Assembly (NCBI GenBank): GCA_964372275.1
Contig: CAYJRR010000019.1
Span: forward strand, 1 to 42,676
Direction of reading: 5' to 3'
Length of the DNA: 42,676 nt
Source of the DNA: an uncultured bacterium
Lineage (GTDB): Bacteria; CAYJRR01
The notes beneath the pieces were generated by a model that was not told the origin of the DNA, ran no database searches, and worked only from the letters and a program-made list of their open reading frames with translations. How positions within the stretch are numbered: the first letter of the stretch is position 1; every line of letters starts with the position of its first letter. Shown one piece after another: positions 26,453 to 35,715 of this stretch. A program made the position numbers and the translations under genes.

Positions 26453-27228
26453 GACTCCGCCGCACGATCGCGAGGGGGCTTGCCCTCGCGTGGTTCGGCG
26501 CCGGCTGTGCGAGCCCGCTGTCCGACCGGGCCCTGGTCGACGACCTGCGCATCCTGGGGGTGCGCGCCGAGCCCCCCGAGACCAAGCCGGGGACGGAGAT
26601 CGCGTTCGACGCGTTGATCGCCGACCCGCTGGGCGACCTCCGCGGCTGGCGCCGGATCTGGGCCATCTGCGATCCCGAGGACGGGCGGGTGAGCTCGTGC
26701 GGAGATCCGCAGCGGTCGGTCGTCCTCGGAACGGCGGCGACGGCGACCTGGACCGTCCCCTACGACCTCCTCGCGGATCTGGACGACGACGCGCAGCGGC
26801 TGGGCCGGGACGTCTACGTGGTGCTCGCGGTCGAGGGGGAAGACGACACCGGCGATCACGACGTCGCCTTCAAGCGCGTTCGGGTGTCGACCAACCCCGA
26901 CCCCAACCGGAATCCCGCGATCCTCGCGTTCGCCGCGCCGGCGGAGGTGGTGCGGGGCGAGCGAAACGACCTGACGGTCGTGGCAGGCGCCGAGGCGCGC
27001 GAGTCCTGGATCGATCCGCACGGGGGGACCAAGCTCGAGGACGCGCGATTCAGCTGGCTGATCTCCGCGGGGAGGATCGACCACGCGGTGACCTACGGCG
27101 ACGAGCGAGCCCGCACCGAGAACCGCTGGACCGCGCCGGGCGAGGGGGATGCGGCGACGATCTGGGTTGTGCTGCGCGACGGCCGCGGCGGCGTCGGCTG
27201 GGCCGCGGCCGAGGTGTCGCTGCGCTAG
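26449..27228 (+). CDS. Lipoprotein downstream of the TBDR
   Basis: Lipobox-like FGAGC; DLRILGVRAEPPE and VLRDGRGGVGW motifs. No ATG/GTG/TTG between the TBDR stop and the Cys; CTG at 26449 overlaps the TBDR stop. Confidence 0.75.
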   Translation: MRLRRTIARGLALAWFGAGCASPLSDRALVDDLRILGVRAEPPETKPGTEIAFDALIADPLGDLRGWRRIWAICDPEDGRVSSCGDPQRSVVLGTAATATWTVPYDLLADLDDDAQRLGRDVYVVLAVEGEDDTGDHDVAFKRVRVSTNPDPNRNPAILAFAAPAEVVRGERNDLTVVAGAEARESWIDPHGGTKLEDARFSWLISAGRIDHAVTYGDERARTENRWTAPGEGDAATIWVVLRDGRGGVGWAAAEVSLR

Positions 27229-27244
27229 GCAGACCGTCCATTCC

Positions 27245-27273
27245 TTGTGGGGGCGGGAGCGGCTCTCTATAGT
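27245..27273 (+). promoter_or_regulatory. Putative sigma70 promoter, leaderless geometry
   Basis: TTGTGG-N17-TATAGT ends 6 nt before ATG 27280; no SD. Confidence 0.5.
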
Positions 27274-27279
27274 CGAACG

Positions 27280-28374
27280 ATGCTCGGCGGCGGGGCGCAG
27301 CGACCGGCATCGCGCGATCGGACGTGGTTCTGGGTGGCGCTGTTCGTGTCGGCCGCGTTGCACGCCGACGTGGTCGTCGGGCTGATCGTGCTCGAGGCGT
27401 TGGAGCGGCGTCGCCCCCCCCCGTCGAGGACCGCGGTGGAGCTGGTCGACGTGGAGAGCCTTCCGCCGGTGGTGCGGGATCTGCTCCGGCCGCCGGAGCC
27501 GCCGGAGACGAAGGGGCAGATCGTCGACCTGCCGGCGCCGCGTTCGCCGGAGCGGGCACGCGACGATGCCCGCTACCGCGCCGATCACGACCACCGCGCC
27601 GACGAGGAGACGGCCGCGCGCGACACGGCGATTGCGCCGAAGGTGCTCGCGGACCGTTTTCTCGGCGGCGGCGAAGCGCAGAGGAGACCGGGGCCGCCCA
27701 GGCCCGATGCCGGCGCGGACGGGCCCGACCGGGCCACCCTGCTCGACGCGCTGGGGAGGCGGGGCGAACCGGCGGCGGCCGACCTGCTGAGCGATCCGTT
27801 CGGAATGCGGGTACGGCCGTCCGAACCCGGCGCGCGCCCGGAGGTCCCCGGAAGCGGTGGGGCCGGAGGCGAAGCCTTCGATCCCGGGACCGCGCTGGCG
27901 ATGGCGGGGGCGCCGAACAACGACTACCTGCCAGACGTCCGGGCCGGCGATTCGACGCAGTTGAACGCGAAGAAGCATCGATTCGCCGGTTTCTGGAACC
28001 GGGTGCTCAAGCACGTGGAGCCGTACTGGGTGCGCCGGGTCCGCCAGGCGCGCATCGCCGGTCTCGAGCGCCGCGACTACCAGACGGTGATCGACCTGGT
28101 CCTGGAGCGGAACGGGAAGGTCGCCGTGGTGACGCTCCGCCGGTCGTGCGGCATCGACGCCTGGGACCGCGCGGTCCTCGACGCGTTCGCCGAAGCGGCG
28201 CCGTTCCTGAATCCGCCGGAGCAGCTCGTCTCGGCGGACGGCCTGGTTCGCATGGAGGAGATCGGTTTCATCGTCTCGCTCACCGGCGGACAGCTCGTCC
28301 ACATGTACGGCGATCCGCGCGCCGGAAAGATGTTCCCGGGGATCGACGAAGGGGGCGGACCGGTTCCGCGATGA
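27280..28374 (+). CDS. Energy transducer TonB-family protein
   Basis: TM with SAALH (SxxxH), Pro-rich linker, C-terminal TonB domain (RSCGIDAWDRAVLDAFAEAAPFLNPP). Confidence 0.85.
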   Translation: MLGGGAQRPASRDRTWFWVALFVSAALHADVVVGLIVLEALERRRPPPSRTAVELVDVESLPPVVRDLLRPPEPPETKGQIVDLPAPRSPERARDDARYRADHDHRADEETAARDTAIAPKVLADRFLGGGEAQRRPGPPRPDAGADGPDRATLLDALGRRGEPAAADLLSDPFGMRVRPSEPGARPEVPGSGGAGGEAFDPGTALAMAGAPNNDYLPDVRAGDSTQLNAKKHRFAGFWNRVLKHVEPYWVRRVRQARIAGLERRDYQTVIDLVLERNGKVAVVTLRRSCGIDAWDRAVLDAFAEAAPFLNPPEQLVSADGLVRMEEIGFIVSLTGGQLVHMYGDPRAGKMFPGIDEGGGPVPR

Positions 28375-28379
28375 GGCCG

Positions 28380-28952
28380 CTACCGCCGAGTCGATCGTCG
28401 ATAGAGGACCACGGCGGCGGCGAGGCTCGCGGCGCCGACCGCGGCCGCCACGATCACCAGGGATCCGACCGCGCGCTCCGCGCGCGCCACGAAGCCGGAG
28501 AAGGCCAACGCCGCGAAGCCGAGCAGGCCGAAGGTCGCCGATGCCAGCGTGCCGGGCTCGGGTCCGGCGCTCGCCTGCGGCGGCTCGGGCGTCTCGCGCA
28601 GCGGCCGGAGGCAGGCGCGGCACCGGGCTTCGTCGGTGCGGTTCGGCGCTCCGCAGGACGGACATTCCACCATCGGGGCGCTCGGATCGAACGCCCCCGC
28701 CAGCTCCTCCGGGACGTCGAGGTCGCCGCCCGCGGGTCCCGAGCCCTCGGGCGGTCCGTCCTTCTCCTCCTCGGCGGCCGCCTTCGGGACGGTCGCCTTG
28801 AGGGAGTCGGGATCGATGCCGCGCACCTTCAGCTCGTCGCGCAGCGCCTCGACGGCGAGCGGAGAAAGCTGGTCCGGGTTCTGGTAGAGGGAGAGCAGCT
28901 CCTTCCCTTCGAGCGCGCGGTAGATCTTCGCGAGCCGTTCTCGTTCGTTCAT
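28380..28952 (-). CDS. Hypothetical membrane protein with zinc ribbon
   Basis: CPSC..CRAC plus two C-terminal TM helices; ATGA overlap with lptG. Confidence 0.75.
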   Translation of the reverse strand: MNERERLAKIYRALEGKELLSLYQNPDQLSPLAVEALRDELKVRGIDPDSLKATVPKAAAEEEKDGPPEGSGPAGGDLDVPEELAGAFDPSAPMVECPSCGAPNRTDEARCRACLRPLRETPEPPQASAGPEPGTLASATFGLLGFAALAFSGFVARAERAVGSLVIVAAAVGAASLAAAVVLYRRSTRR

Positions 28953-30046
28953 AGGCGGTCGAGCGTGGCGGTGAGGTAGAGCCCCGTTCCGCCGAACAAC
29001 GCGTTCGGCAGCCAGGCGGCGACGACCGGCGGAAGCGCTCCGTTCTTCCCGAGCGAAAGCCCCACCACCAGGATCACGAAGTAGCCGAACGCGATCACGA
29101 TCCCGGTGACGAGGCCGGTCGTCGCGCCGCCCCGCCGGTGCTCGCGGAATGCGAACGGCGCGCCGAGCAGCCCCATCACGAAACCGGCCAGGGGGAGGGC
29201 GTATCGCGCGTGGAGGTCGACCTTCTCCTTGACCACGTCCTGGCCGAGCCGTTGCCGGTCACGCAGGATCTTCTTCAGCTCGCGGACCGGCCACTCCTCG
29301 GTCTTCGATACCTTGGCGGCGAAGTCCGACGGCACGAGCGAGATCGGAAGGACCGCCTCGGGATCGCTCGCCAGCCTCAATCCCCCGGCCGAATCGGCCA
29401 CCGCCAACCGGCTGCCGACGAGCTTCCAGGCTCGGGCGTCGCCGTCCCAGGTCGCGGCTTCGGCCTCGATGCGCGCCGGCTCGCGGCCGGCGCCGCCCGG
29501 GTGCAGGTAGAGGACGCCGAACAGCGTGCTCCGCTCGCGATCGATCGTCCCGACCCTCAAGAACCCGCCGTCGGCGTAGAACCAGCGGTTCCGCTTGTCG
29601 CGGACCTTGGCGTAGCGCTTCCCCTTGATCTCCGACTCGAGGACGTAGCGCTTCTGGGCGTTCGCCTCGGGGACGACGTATTCGGAGAGCAGGAACTGCC
29701 CGCCCGAGAGGAGGAGCGCCATCACCGCCATCGGCAGGACGATCGAGCGGCGTCCGATCCCTCCGGCGAGGATCGCGGTCACTTCGTTGCGCCGGGTCAT
29801 GCCCGCCAGCGCGATCAGCATCGCCATCAGGGCCGCCGGCGCCACCATGTAGGTGAGGAACTCGGGGGCCTGAAACAGGGTGTAGCGGGCCACCTGGGCC
29901 AGCGTCGCCTTGTGCTTGAGGAACGAGTTCGCCTTCTCGAACAGGTCGACGACCGTCGCGATCCCCTGGAATCCGGCGAGGCAGAAGACGAACCAGCGCA
30001 GGTATTCGCCGAGCAGGTGGCGGCGGAGGATCCAGATCCCGGTCAT
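28949..30046 (-). CDS. lptG: LPS export ABC permease LptG
   Basis: ILRRHLLGEY, RRNEVTAILAGGIG, SEYVVPEAN, ARYALPLA, PPVVAAWLPN. Confidence 0.88.
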   Translation of the reverse strand: MTGIWILRRHLLGEYLRWFVFCLAGFQGIATVVDLFEKANSFLKHKATLAQVARYTLFQAPEFLTYMVAPAALMAMLIALAGMTRRNEVTAILAGGIGRRSIVLPMAVMALLLSGGQFLLSEYVVPEANAQKRYVLESEIKGKRYAKVRDKRNRWFYADGGFLRVGTIDRERSTLFGVLYLHPGGAGREPARIEAEAATWDGDARAWKLVGSRLAVADSAGGLRLASDPEAVLPISLVPSDFAAKVSKTEEWPVRELKKILRDRQRLGQDVVKEKVDLHARYALPLAGFVMGLLGAPFAFREHRRGGATTGLVTGIVIAFGYFVILVVGLSLGKNGALPPVVAAWLPNALFGGTGLYLTATLDRL

Positions 30047-30080
30047 GGAGACGATCCCTTCCGCCGACCGGGCCGGGAGG

Positions 30081-31217
30081 TCACGACGCGAACCTCGCCC
30101 ACAGCCGCTCCACCACCGTCGGCCGCTCGCGGGCGGCGGCGAGGAAGAGCCAGACGCCGCCCAGGAGGAAGACGGCGTTCGGCATCCAGGCGGCGATCCA
30201 CGGGGCGAGCACGCCGCGCTCGCCGGTGGCATCGCCGATGCGTACCAACAGGTAGTAGAAGAGCATCGCCGCCAAGCCCAGCGTGTATCCGCGCCCTTTT
30301 CCGTGTCGCGGGTCGGTGATCCCGAGCGCCATCCCGACCAGACCCATCAGGAGGGCCGAGACCGGATAGGAGAACTTCTTGTGGAACGCCATCCACTCGC
30401 GGCCGCGCGCCTTCTTCCCTTTGGCGACGAGGTGTGCCTTCAGCTCGAACGGATCCATCTCGTAGGGGTCGTGACCCTCCTTGCTGACCGTCGTCTGCGG
30501 CAGGAGGTTGTAGTCCATCCGGTCGAAGGAGAGGCGGGTGACCGGTCCCGACGGCTCGCTCACCAGGTCGAGCGTGCCGTCGAGGAGGCGGAGCACGATC
30601 GAGCGCGACGCGACGTCGGCGACGACCTGCCCCTCGCGGGCCTGCGCGGCGAACGGACGCGAAGGGACGTTCTCCCCGGCGAGGAAGACGCCGTCGAGCC
30701 GCGACTCTTCCGCCGAGACCGCCTGGGCATAGACCGTCAGTCCGAAGAAGTCGTCGTTGAACGTCTGCGCGCGGAGCGCGGCGGCGGCCTTGTTGCGGCC
30801 CTGCTCGAAGACGAAGGTGGTCAGCGACCGCCGGCCCCACGGCTCGCCGAACGAGGTGAGGGCGGCGGTGGCGACGCTCGCCAGTACGCCGATCGTCAGG
30901 ACCGGCGGCAGCAGCTGCCAGAGCGAGACGCCGCCGGCCCGCATCGCGATCATCTCCGAGTCGGCCGACAGGCGCCCGAAGGCGACGAGCACGCCGAGGA
31001 GGAAGGCGGAGGGGATGACGAACAACAGGATGGGAGGAAGCAGGTAGAGGACCAGCCAGAGGACCCCGGTGACCGAGATCCCGAAGGCGAGCACCTTCTC
31101 CGCCAGCTTCACCAGTTGGGGCATGAGCGCGACGAAGCTCAGGACGAACATTCCGAGCAGGAAGGGCGCGGCGATCTCGCGGAGGACATAGCGACCGAGG
31201 ATGCGCGTGGCGCTCAT
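30081..31217 (-). CDS. lptF: LPS export ABC permease LptF
   Basis: ILGRYVLREI, GRLSADSEMIAMRAGGVS, HKKFSYP, PWIAAWMPN. Confidence 0.9.
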   Translation of the reverse strand: MSATRILGRYVLREIAAPFLLGMFVLSFVALMPQLVKLAEKVLAFGISVTGVLWLVLYLLPPILLFVIPSAFLLGVLVAFGRLSADSEMIAMRAGGVSLWQLLPPVLTIGVLASVATAALTSFGEPWGRRSLTTFVFEQGRNKAAAALRAQTFNDDFFGLTVYAQAVSAEESRLDGVFLAGENVPSRPFAAQAREGQVVADVASRSIVLRLLDGTLDLVSEPSGPVTRLSFDRMDYNLLPQTTVSKEGHDPYEMDPFELKAHLVAKGKKARGREWMAFHKKFSYPVSALLMGLVGMALGITDPRHGKGRGYTLGLAAMLFYYLLVRIGDATGERGVLAPWIAAWMPNAVFLLGGVWLFLAAARERPTVVERLWARFAS

Positions 31218-32509
31218 GGGCCACCGTTCGCACGTCCGAGCGGCAACCCCAAGGCCCGGCGCAGGTCGAGAACCGCCAACTCCGCGTCGAGCTCCCCCTG
31301 CGCCGCCGCCCGCCTCGCCGACGCGATCGCGGTGTCGGCGTCGAGACGCTCGAGCTGCGTCGCCAGCCCGACGGCGTACTGCTCGGCCACCAGGAGCCGG
31401 GCGCTCTCCGCGAGCCGCAGCCGCTCCTTCCCCAGAGCCGCCGTCTCCCGCGCGGCGGCCAGCCGCCGACGCGCCCGGCGCACGTCGGCGTCGGCGGCCG
31501 AAAGGGCGATCTCGGCCCGCGCCTTCGCGGCCCACCAGGACGCGCGCCGCTCGCGGGCCTGCCAGTGGCGCAGTCGCCCGTCGAACAGCGGAATCGTCGC
31601 CAGACCCAGCACCGCGACGCGGTTGGGCGACTGTCCGAACAGCTCGCCGTCGCTGGTGGTGTATCCGGAGTAGGCGGCCTGGAGTCCGAGCGTCGGCAGG
31701 AACTGCCGGCGCGCCGCCTCCCAGGCGTGGCGCGCGGCCGCGGTGGCGTCGCGGGCGGCAGCGACGTCGGGCCGGTTGTTCACCAGGAGGCGGATCGACG
31801 CCGGATCGTCGGGAACCGCCGGCTCGACGGGCGGCGGGGGACGTGACAGTCGGTACGGACCGGCGACGCCGATCAGGTCGGCGAGCGCCTCCTTGGCCTG
31901 CTCGGCGGCGCGCTCGGCCTCTGCCAGGGCCTGCTGGCTCTCCGCCAGGCGGACCTGCGCGCGCAGGCGCTCGGCGGCGGTCGCACGCCCGTTCTCGGCG
32001 CGAGCGTCGGTCGCGCGCGCGAGCTCGCGTGCCGACTCGGTGCCGTCCCGCGCGACGCCGGCAAGCGACTCGGCGGCGAGCGCGGCGTAGTAGCTCGCCG
32101 CGACGGCGTAGGCCACCTCCAGGTCGGAGCCCCGCACGCCCTGGTCGGCGGCTTCGACGATCGATCGCGCCTGGCGGAGGAGCGGGAGCGCCGGACCGAA
32201 GAAGGAGAGGTTCTGGGAGGCGGTCACCTGCCACTGGAAAGTCCACCAGGGCTGCAGGACGAACTCGGTGGGGCCGGCGGCGAAGGCCTTGCGCTCGTCG
32301 TTCCACTGCATGGCCGAGCGCGCCTCGACCACCGGAAGGAACAGGGCGTGCGCCTGGTGCACGAGCGTCTCGGCTCGCGCCTTTTCGGCCTTCACGACCT
32401 GAACCTGCGCGTTGTGATGCCAGGCGAGGGACCACGCGTCGTCGAGGCTCAACGGACGCGCCTCGATCGGAGCGGCGGCGAACAGGAGCGCGAGGCCGAC
32501 GTCGATCAT
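31214..32509 (-). CDS. TolC-family outer-membrane efflux protein
   Basis: LSLDDAWSLAWHHN, RPDVAAA, FLPTLGL, IPLFDG, YAVGLATQLERLDA. Confidence 0.9.
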   Translation of the reverse strand: MIDVGLALLFAAAPIEARPLSLDDAWSLAWHHNAQVQVVKAEKARAETLVHQAHALFLPVVEARSAMQWNDERKAFAAGPTEFVLQPWWTFQWQVTASQNLSFFGPALPLLRQARSIVEAADQGVRGSDLEVAYAVAASYYAALAAESLAGVARDGTESARELARATDARAENGRATAAERLRAQVRLAESQQALAEAERAAEQAKEALADLIGVAGPYRLSRPPPPVEPAVPDDPASIRLLVNNRPDVAAARDATAAARHAWEAARRQFLPTLGLQAAYSGYTTSDGELFGQSPNRVAVLGLATIPLFDGRLRHWQARERRASWWAAKARAEIALSAADADVRRARRRLAAARETAALGKERLRLAESARLLVAEQYAVGLATQLERLDADTAIASARRAAAQGELDAELAVLDLRRALGLPLGRANGGP

Positions 32510-33633
32510 CCGGCGGCCGGGGTGGCGGAGACGACCTCCAACTCGACGTCGACGATCCGCTCTTTCGGCGGCGCGTCGAAGAAGTAGAGGGCGCAGGGGA
32601 GGCTTCCGCCACCGCCGACGCGGGGCGGCGGCGAACCGTCCAGCGCACGTGCGAGCTCCTCGGCGGAGCGGATCCTGGGATGGCGTTCCGGAGGAAGCTC
32701 CCGCCCGCACGGGCCCGACGACTCGGCGAGCACCTCGCCGCTCGCGTCGAGCAGCCGACCGCGGATCACCAGCGTTCCCTTGGCGTCGGAGCCACGGTTC
32801 ACGGCGGTGCCGCGGGCGACGTAGATGCGTGGCGCGCCGTTGGGGGTCTCCAGGAACTCGCCGATCGACGCGGAGACGGTGAGGCCGGCGACGGCGGGGT
32901 CGACCTCGGTCCGGCCGAAGATCGACGTGAGTCGCGCACGATCGACGCGGGACGCGCGGAAGGTGCCGCCGGTCAGCGAGGCGTAGCCGCCGAGCACGGC
33001 GCCGGCGAAGAAGAGGGCGAGGAGGAGGCGATAGACGCCGCGGGTGTCGTCGACGGGGGCCGTCGCCACGGCGCGCGCCGCCTTCGACGCGCTCTTCCGC
33101 CGGTCGCGGTCCTTCGAGGGTCGGTCGACGTTGACCGAGAGCGCCGCCGGGGCGACCAACTCCGGCGGTCGCGCCGCGCTGGACTCGCGCGACGTCTCGG
33201 CCGCCTTGGCGGCCGCCTCCGCGGCGCCGACCCCGAAGTCGAATCCCGACGCGAAATCGAACGCCGGCGTCCCACCGGGCGGCGGCGACGGAGCCGTTTC
33301 CAGCGACGGGGGGCTGGCGACCGCCACCGGCGAGGACGGCGCGTCGGCGAAGGCGTCGACGGAGGACGAAGCCGGCGCCGCGTCGACGCTGGCGAACGGA
33401 TCGGGGCCGGCGGTGGCGTCGAGCGATCCCGGCGCGGCGGCCACGCCCGGGGCGGCGGGTGCCGACGCGCCCGCCGCCGGCAGCGGCCCCGACGCCGGCG
33501 GCGAGCCGGTTCCCGGTGGATGGACCGCGAACGTCTGCGAGCACTTCGCGCACCGGACGACGACACCGGCGGGTCCGACCTTCTCGTCCGGCAGGCGGAA
33601 TCGCGACTGGCAGGCCGGGCACTGGATCACCAT
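32506..33633 (-). CDS. MJ0042-type zinc-ribbon protein with TM and DUF3426-like C-terminal domain
   Basis: CPACQSRFRLPDEKV..VRCAKCSQTF, low-complexity linker, one TM, RGTAVNRG...IRGRLLDASGEVL. Confidence 0.85.
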   Translation of the reverse strand: MVIQCPACQSRFRLPDEKVGPAGVVVRCAKCSQTFAVHPPGTGSPPASGPLPAAGASAPAAPGVAAAPGSLDATAGPDPFASVDAAPASSSVDAFADAPSSPVAVASPPSLETAPSPPPGGTPAFDFASGFDFGVGAAEAAAKAAETSRESSAARPPELVAPAALSVNVDRPSKDRDRRKSASKAARAVATAPVDDTRGVYRLLLALFFAGAVLGGYASLTGGTFRASRVDRARLTSIFGRTEVDPAVAGLTVSASIGEFLETPNGAPRIYVARGTAVNRGSDAKGTLVIRGRLLDASGEVLAESSGPCGRELPPERHPRIRSAEELARALDGSPPPRVGGGGSLPCALYFFDAPPKERIVDVELEVVSATPAAG

Positions 33634-33650
33634 CTGGAGGACCCAGATTA

Positions 33651-33680
33651 TTGACCCGCGGCCTTCGGTGCGTCTACGGT
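33651..33680 (+). promoter_or_regulatory. Putative sigma70 promoter, leaderless geometry
   Basis: TTGACC-N18-TACGGT ends 7 nt before GTG 33688; no SD. Confidence 0.5.
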
Positions 33681-33687
33681 CCTGGCC

Positions 33688-34170
33688 GTGAAAGAGACGA
33701 TCGTCAAGCGCTATCAGAACCGGAAGCTCTACGACACCTCCGCGTCCCGCTACGTGACGCTCGAGGACATCGCGGCGATGGTGAAGCGCGGCGAAGAGGT
33801 GCGGATCCTCGACAACCGCACCAAGAAGGACCTCACGGCGCTGACGTTGGCGCAGATCCTCTACGAGGAGGAGAAGAGCGAGCGGAGCCTGCTGCCGCTG
33901 GCGACGCTCAAGAAGATCGTCCAGAACCGGGGCGAGATCCTCTTCGAGGCGGTGCGCAAGGGGCAGCAGGTGATCGAGAAGGGGGTCGAGAGCGTCCAGG
34001 AGAAGGCCGGCGAGTTCGGAAAAAACTTGGAAGAGATCCAGGCCCGGCTCGAGGGGCGCATGACCTCGCTCAAGGAGAGCGTTACCGCCGCCAAGGATCT
34101 CCGTGCCGACATCCTCCGGCTGGAGGAGAAGATCCGCGGGTTGGAGAAGCGGGTCCGCGAGCTGGAGTAG
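33688..34170 (+). CDS. PhaR-like PHA-synthesis regulator (PHB_acc_N DNA-binding domain)
   Basis: IVKRYQNRKLYDTSASRYVTLEDIAAMV..G...DLTALTLAQI; C-terminal coiled coil. Confidence 0.9.
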   Translation: MKETIVKRYQNRKLYDTSASRYVTLEDIAAMVKRGEEVRILDNRTKKDLTALTLAQILYEEEKSERSLLPLATLKKIVQNRGEILFEAVRKGQQVIEKGVESVQEKAGEFGKNLEEIQARLEGRMTSLKESVTAAKDLRADILRLEEKIRGLEKRVRELE

Positions 34171-34191
34171 CGGCGCGGCGGGGCCGAACCG

Positions 34192-34325
34192 CGAGCCGAT
34201 CGGAACCGGTATCGGATCCGAAATCGATCCGAACGGTATCCGTTTCCGATCCGGTCGGATCCGTTACGGATACGGGCCTGCTCGGTTCGGTCGCCGACAC
34301 GGATACCGATTCCGATCGGCTCGGA
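34192..34325. repeat. Nested palindromic (REP-like) element between convergent genes
   Basis: 22-bp inverted repeat with one mismatch (34192-34213 / 34302-34323) encloses an inner GTATCCGT..GATCCG-GT-CGGATC..ACGGATAC hairpin. Confidence 0.85.
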
Positions 34326-34332
34326 CCTCGGT

Positions 34333-35133
34333 CTAGGCCGTCATCACGCCGGTATCGCCGGTCTCGCCGCCCGTGGCGGGGGAGGCGATATCGCCGCCCG
34401 GGGCGGCCCGGGCGGCGAAGGAGTCGGCAAGTGCCTTTCCGATGAACAGCTTGGCGAGCAGACCGTACAAGGCGCTGACCAGCGCGGTGGCGAAACCGGC
34501 GCCCGCCTGCCCAAGGTTGTCGAGGTTCATCAGGACGTGGATGACTCCGATGATCACGCCCAGGAACCCCGCGAGAAACGCCATGTCGCCCATGGCCCGA
34601 AAGACGCGCGCCGCGTCGAGGTAGGCGCTTCGGATCGCGTGGCGGCCCGTCAGCGCCAGCAGGAGTCCGTTGCGGATCGCCGACCAGGGATAGCCGACGA
34701 GCAGCGCCCCGAGGGCTCCCCCGCCGACGATCAAGATCGCGCTGATCTGGATGAAGATGCTGAGGCGTCCTCCCTCCAGGAGCACTCCGAGCCCGATGAA
34801 GAGCCCGCTCATCGCGAATCCCACGAGAAGACGCATGACGATCCTCCGATCGACGTAGTGCGAGACGAGATTTTCGAGCTGGGCGAGCTGATCGTGACCG
34901 CAAAGCTTGGCGAACTCGTCGACCAGGGCCTCGCCCTCGCCGAGTCGCCGGGCGGCGCGCGCGAAGGCGTCCGGCGGCGCCATTCCGTCCGCGAGCCGCT
35001 CGTCGATCTCCTGTCGAAGATGGTCCTCGATCTCATCCAGTGCTTGCCGATGAACCCACCGACGCACGTGGAGCCTGGCCAGATGGCCGCGAATGGCGGC
35101 GTCGAGATCGAAGGCGTCTCGCCGGTCAATCAC
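34333..35133 (-). CDS. 'Permease prefix' domain fused to a short MotA/TolQ/ExbB-like membrane domain
   Basis: EIEDHL..EIDERLADGMAPPDAFARAARRLGE prefix; MotA-like LLEGGRLSIFIQISAILIVGGG and GFLGVIIGVIHVLMNL..GFATALVSALYG. Confidence 0.8.
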   Translation of the reverse strand: MIDRRDAFDLDAAIRGHLARLHVRRWVHRQALDEIEDHLRQEIDERLADGMAPPDAFARAARRLGEGEALVDEFAKLCGHDQLAQLENLVSHYVDRRIVMRLLVGFAMSGLFIGLGVLLEGGRLSIFIQISAILIVGGGALGALLVGYPWSAIRNGLLLALTGRHAIRSAYLDAARVFRAMGDMAFLAGFLGVIIGVIHVLMNLDNLGQAGAGFATALVSALYGLLAKLFIGKALADSFAARAAPGGDIASPATGGETGDTGVMTA

Positions 35134-35467
35134 GCGATCCTCCCCCCGCCAAGCTCGCGGCGATCAGGCCGTCGGCGAGACGCCATTCGTCGAGGCGGGT
35201 GGCGAGGAGTTTCCGGCCCTTGTCCCCTATCCGGTAATAGCGCCGTTGCCGGCCGCTCTCCGACGCGCGCCAGACCGCCTTTACGAACCCACGACGCTCG
35301 AGGCGGTGCAGGACGGGGTAGAGCATCCCCTCCGTCCACCGGACTCGCCCTCCGGACAGTGCCTGGACCTCCTTGATGAGCGCGTAGCCGTAGCTCTCGC
35401 CCCGCGAGAGGATCGACAGGACGAGCGGCTCGGCGCTGGCGGCGGTCAACTCCTTGCTGAACGACAT
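35126..35467 (-). CDS. PadR-family transcriptional regulator
   Basis: ESYGYALI, EGMLYPVLHRLE, RQRRYYRI..KGR. Confidence 0.93.
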   Translation of the reverse strand: MSFSKELTAASAEPLVLSILSRGESYGYALIKEVQALSGGRVRWTEGMLYPVLHRLERRGFVKAVWRASESGRQRRYYRIGDKGRKLLATRLDEWRLADGLIAASLAGGGSRD

Positions 35468-35499
35468 CTTCGGACCTCTCCGTTCGCGTGCTGCTCCGT

Positions 35500-35533
35500 T
35501 ACCTAGAAGTAATATACATTGAACTTCTAGGTA
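35500..35533. promoter_or_regulatory. Probable PadR autoregulatory operator
   Basis: Perfect 11-bp inverted repeat TACCTAGAAGT-N12-ACTTCTAGGTA in an AT-rich patch just upstream of padR. Confidence 0.7.
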
Positions 35534-35632
35534 TAGAAAGCGTTTCCCATGGCGTTCGCGGAATCACCGCGACGGCGACGACACACGTCACGGGGCGTAG
35601 CCAGGCGGGCGTGTCCCACGTCGTTGCGACGA

Positions 35633-35652
35633 GATTGACACGCGTGTCAATC
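35633..35652. promoter_or_regulatory. Perfect 20-bp palindrome, probable transcription-factor site
   Basis: GATTGACACGCGTGTCAATC, 23 bp upstream of a sigma54 element. Confidence 0.55.
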
Positions 35653-35675
35653 CAGGAGATTCGCCAACGCGTCGG

Positions 35676-35691
35676 TGGCATCGCGATTGCT
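35676..35691 (+). promoter_or_regulatory. sigma54 (-24/-12) promoter
   Basis: TGGCATCGCGATTGCT with exact spacing, upstream of GAGGAGG RBS and ATG 35716. Confidence 0.75.
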
Positions 35692-35715
35692 TTCGTCGCG
35701 CGCGAGGAGGTGGTG

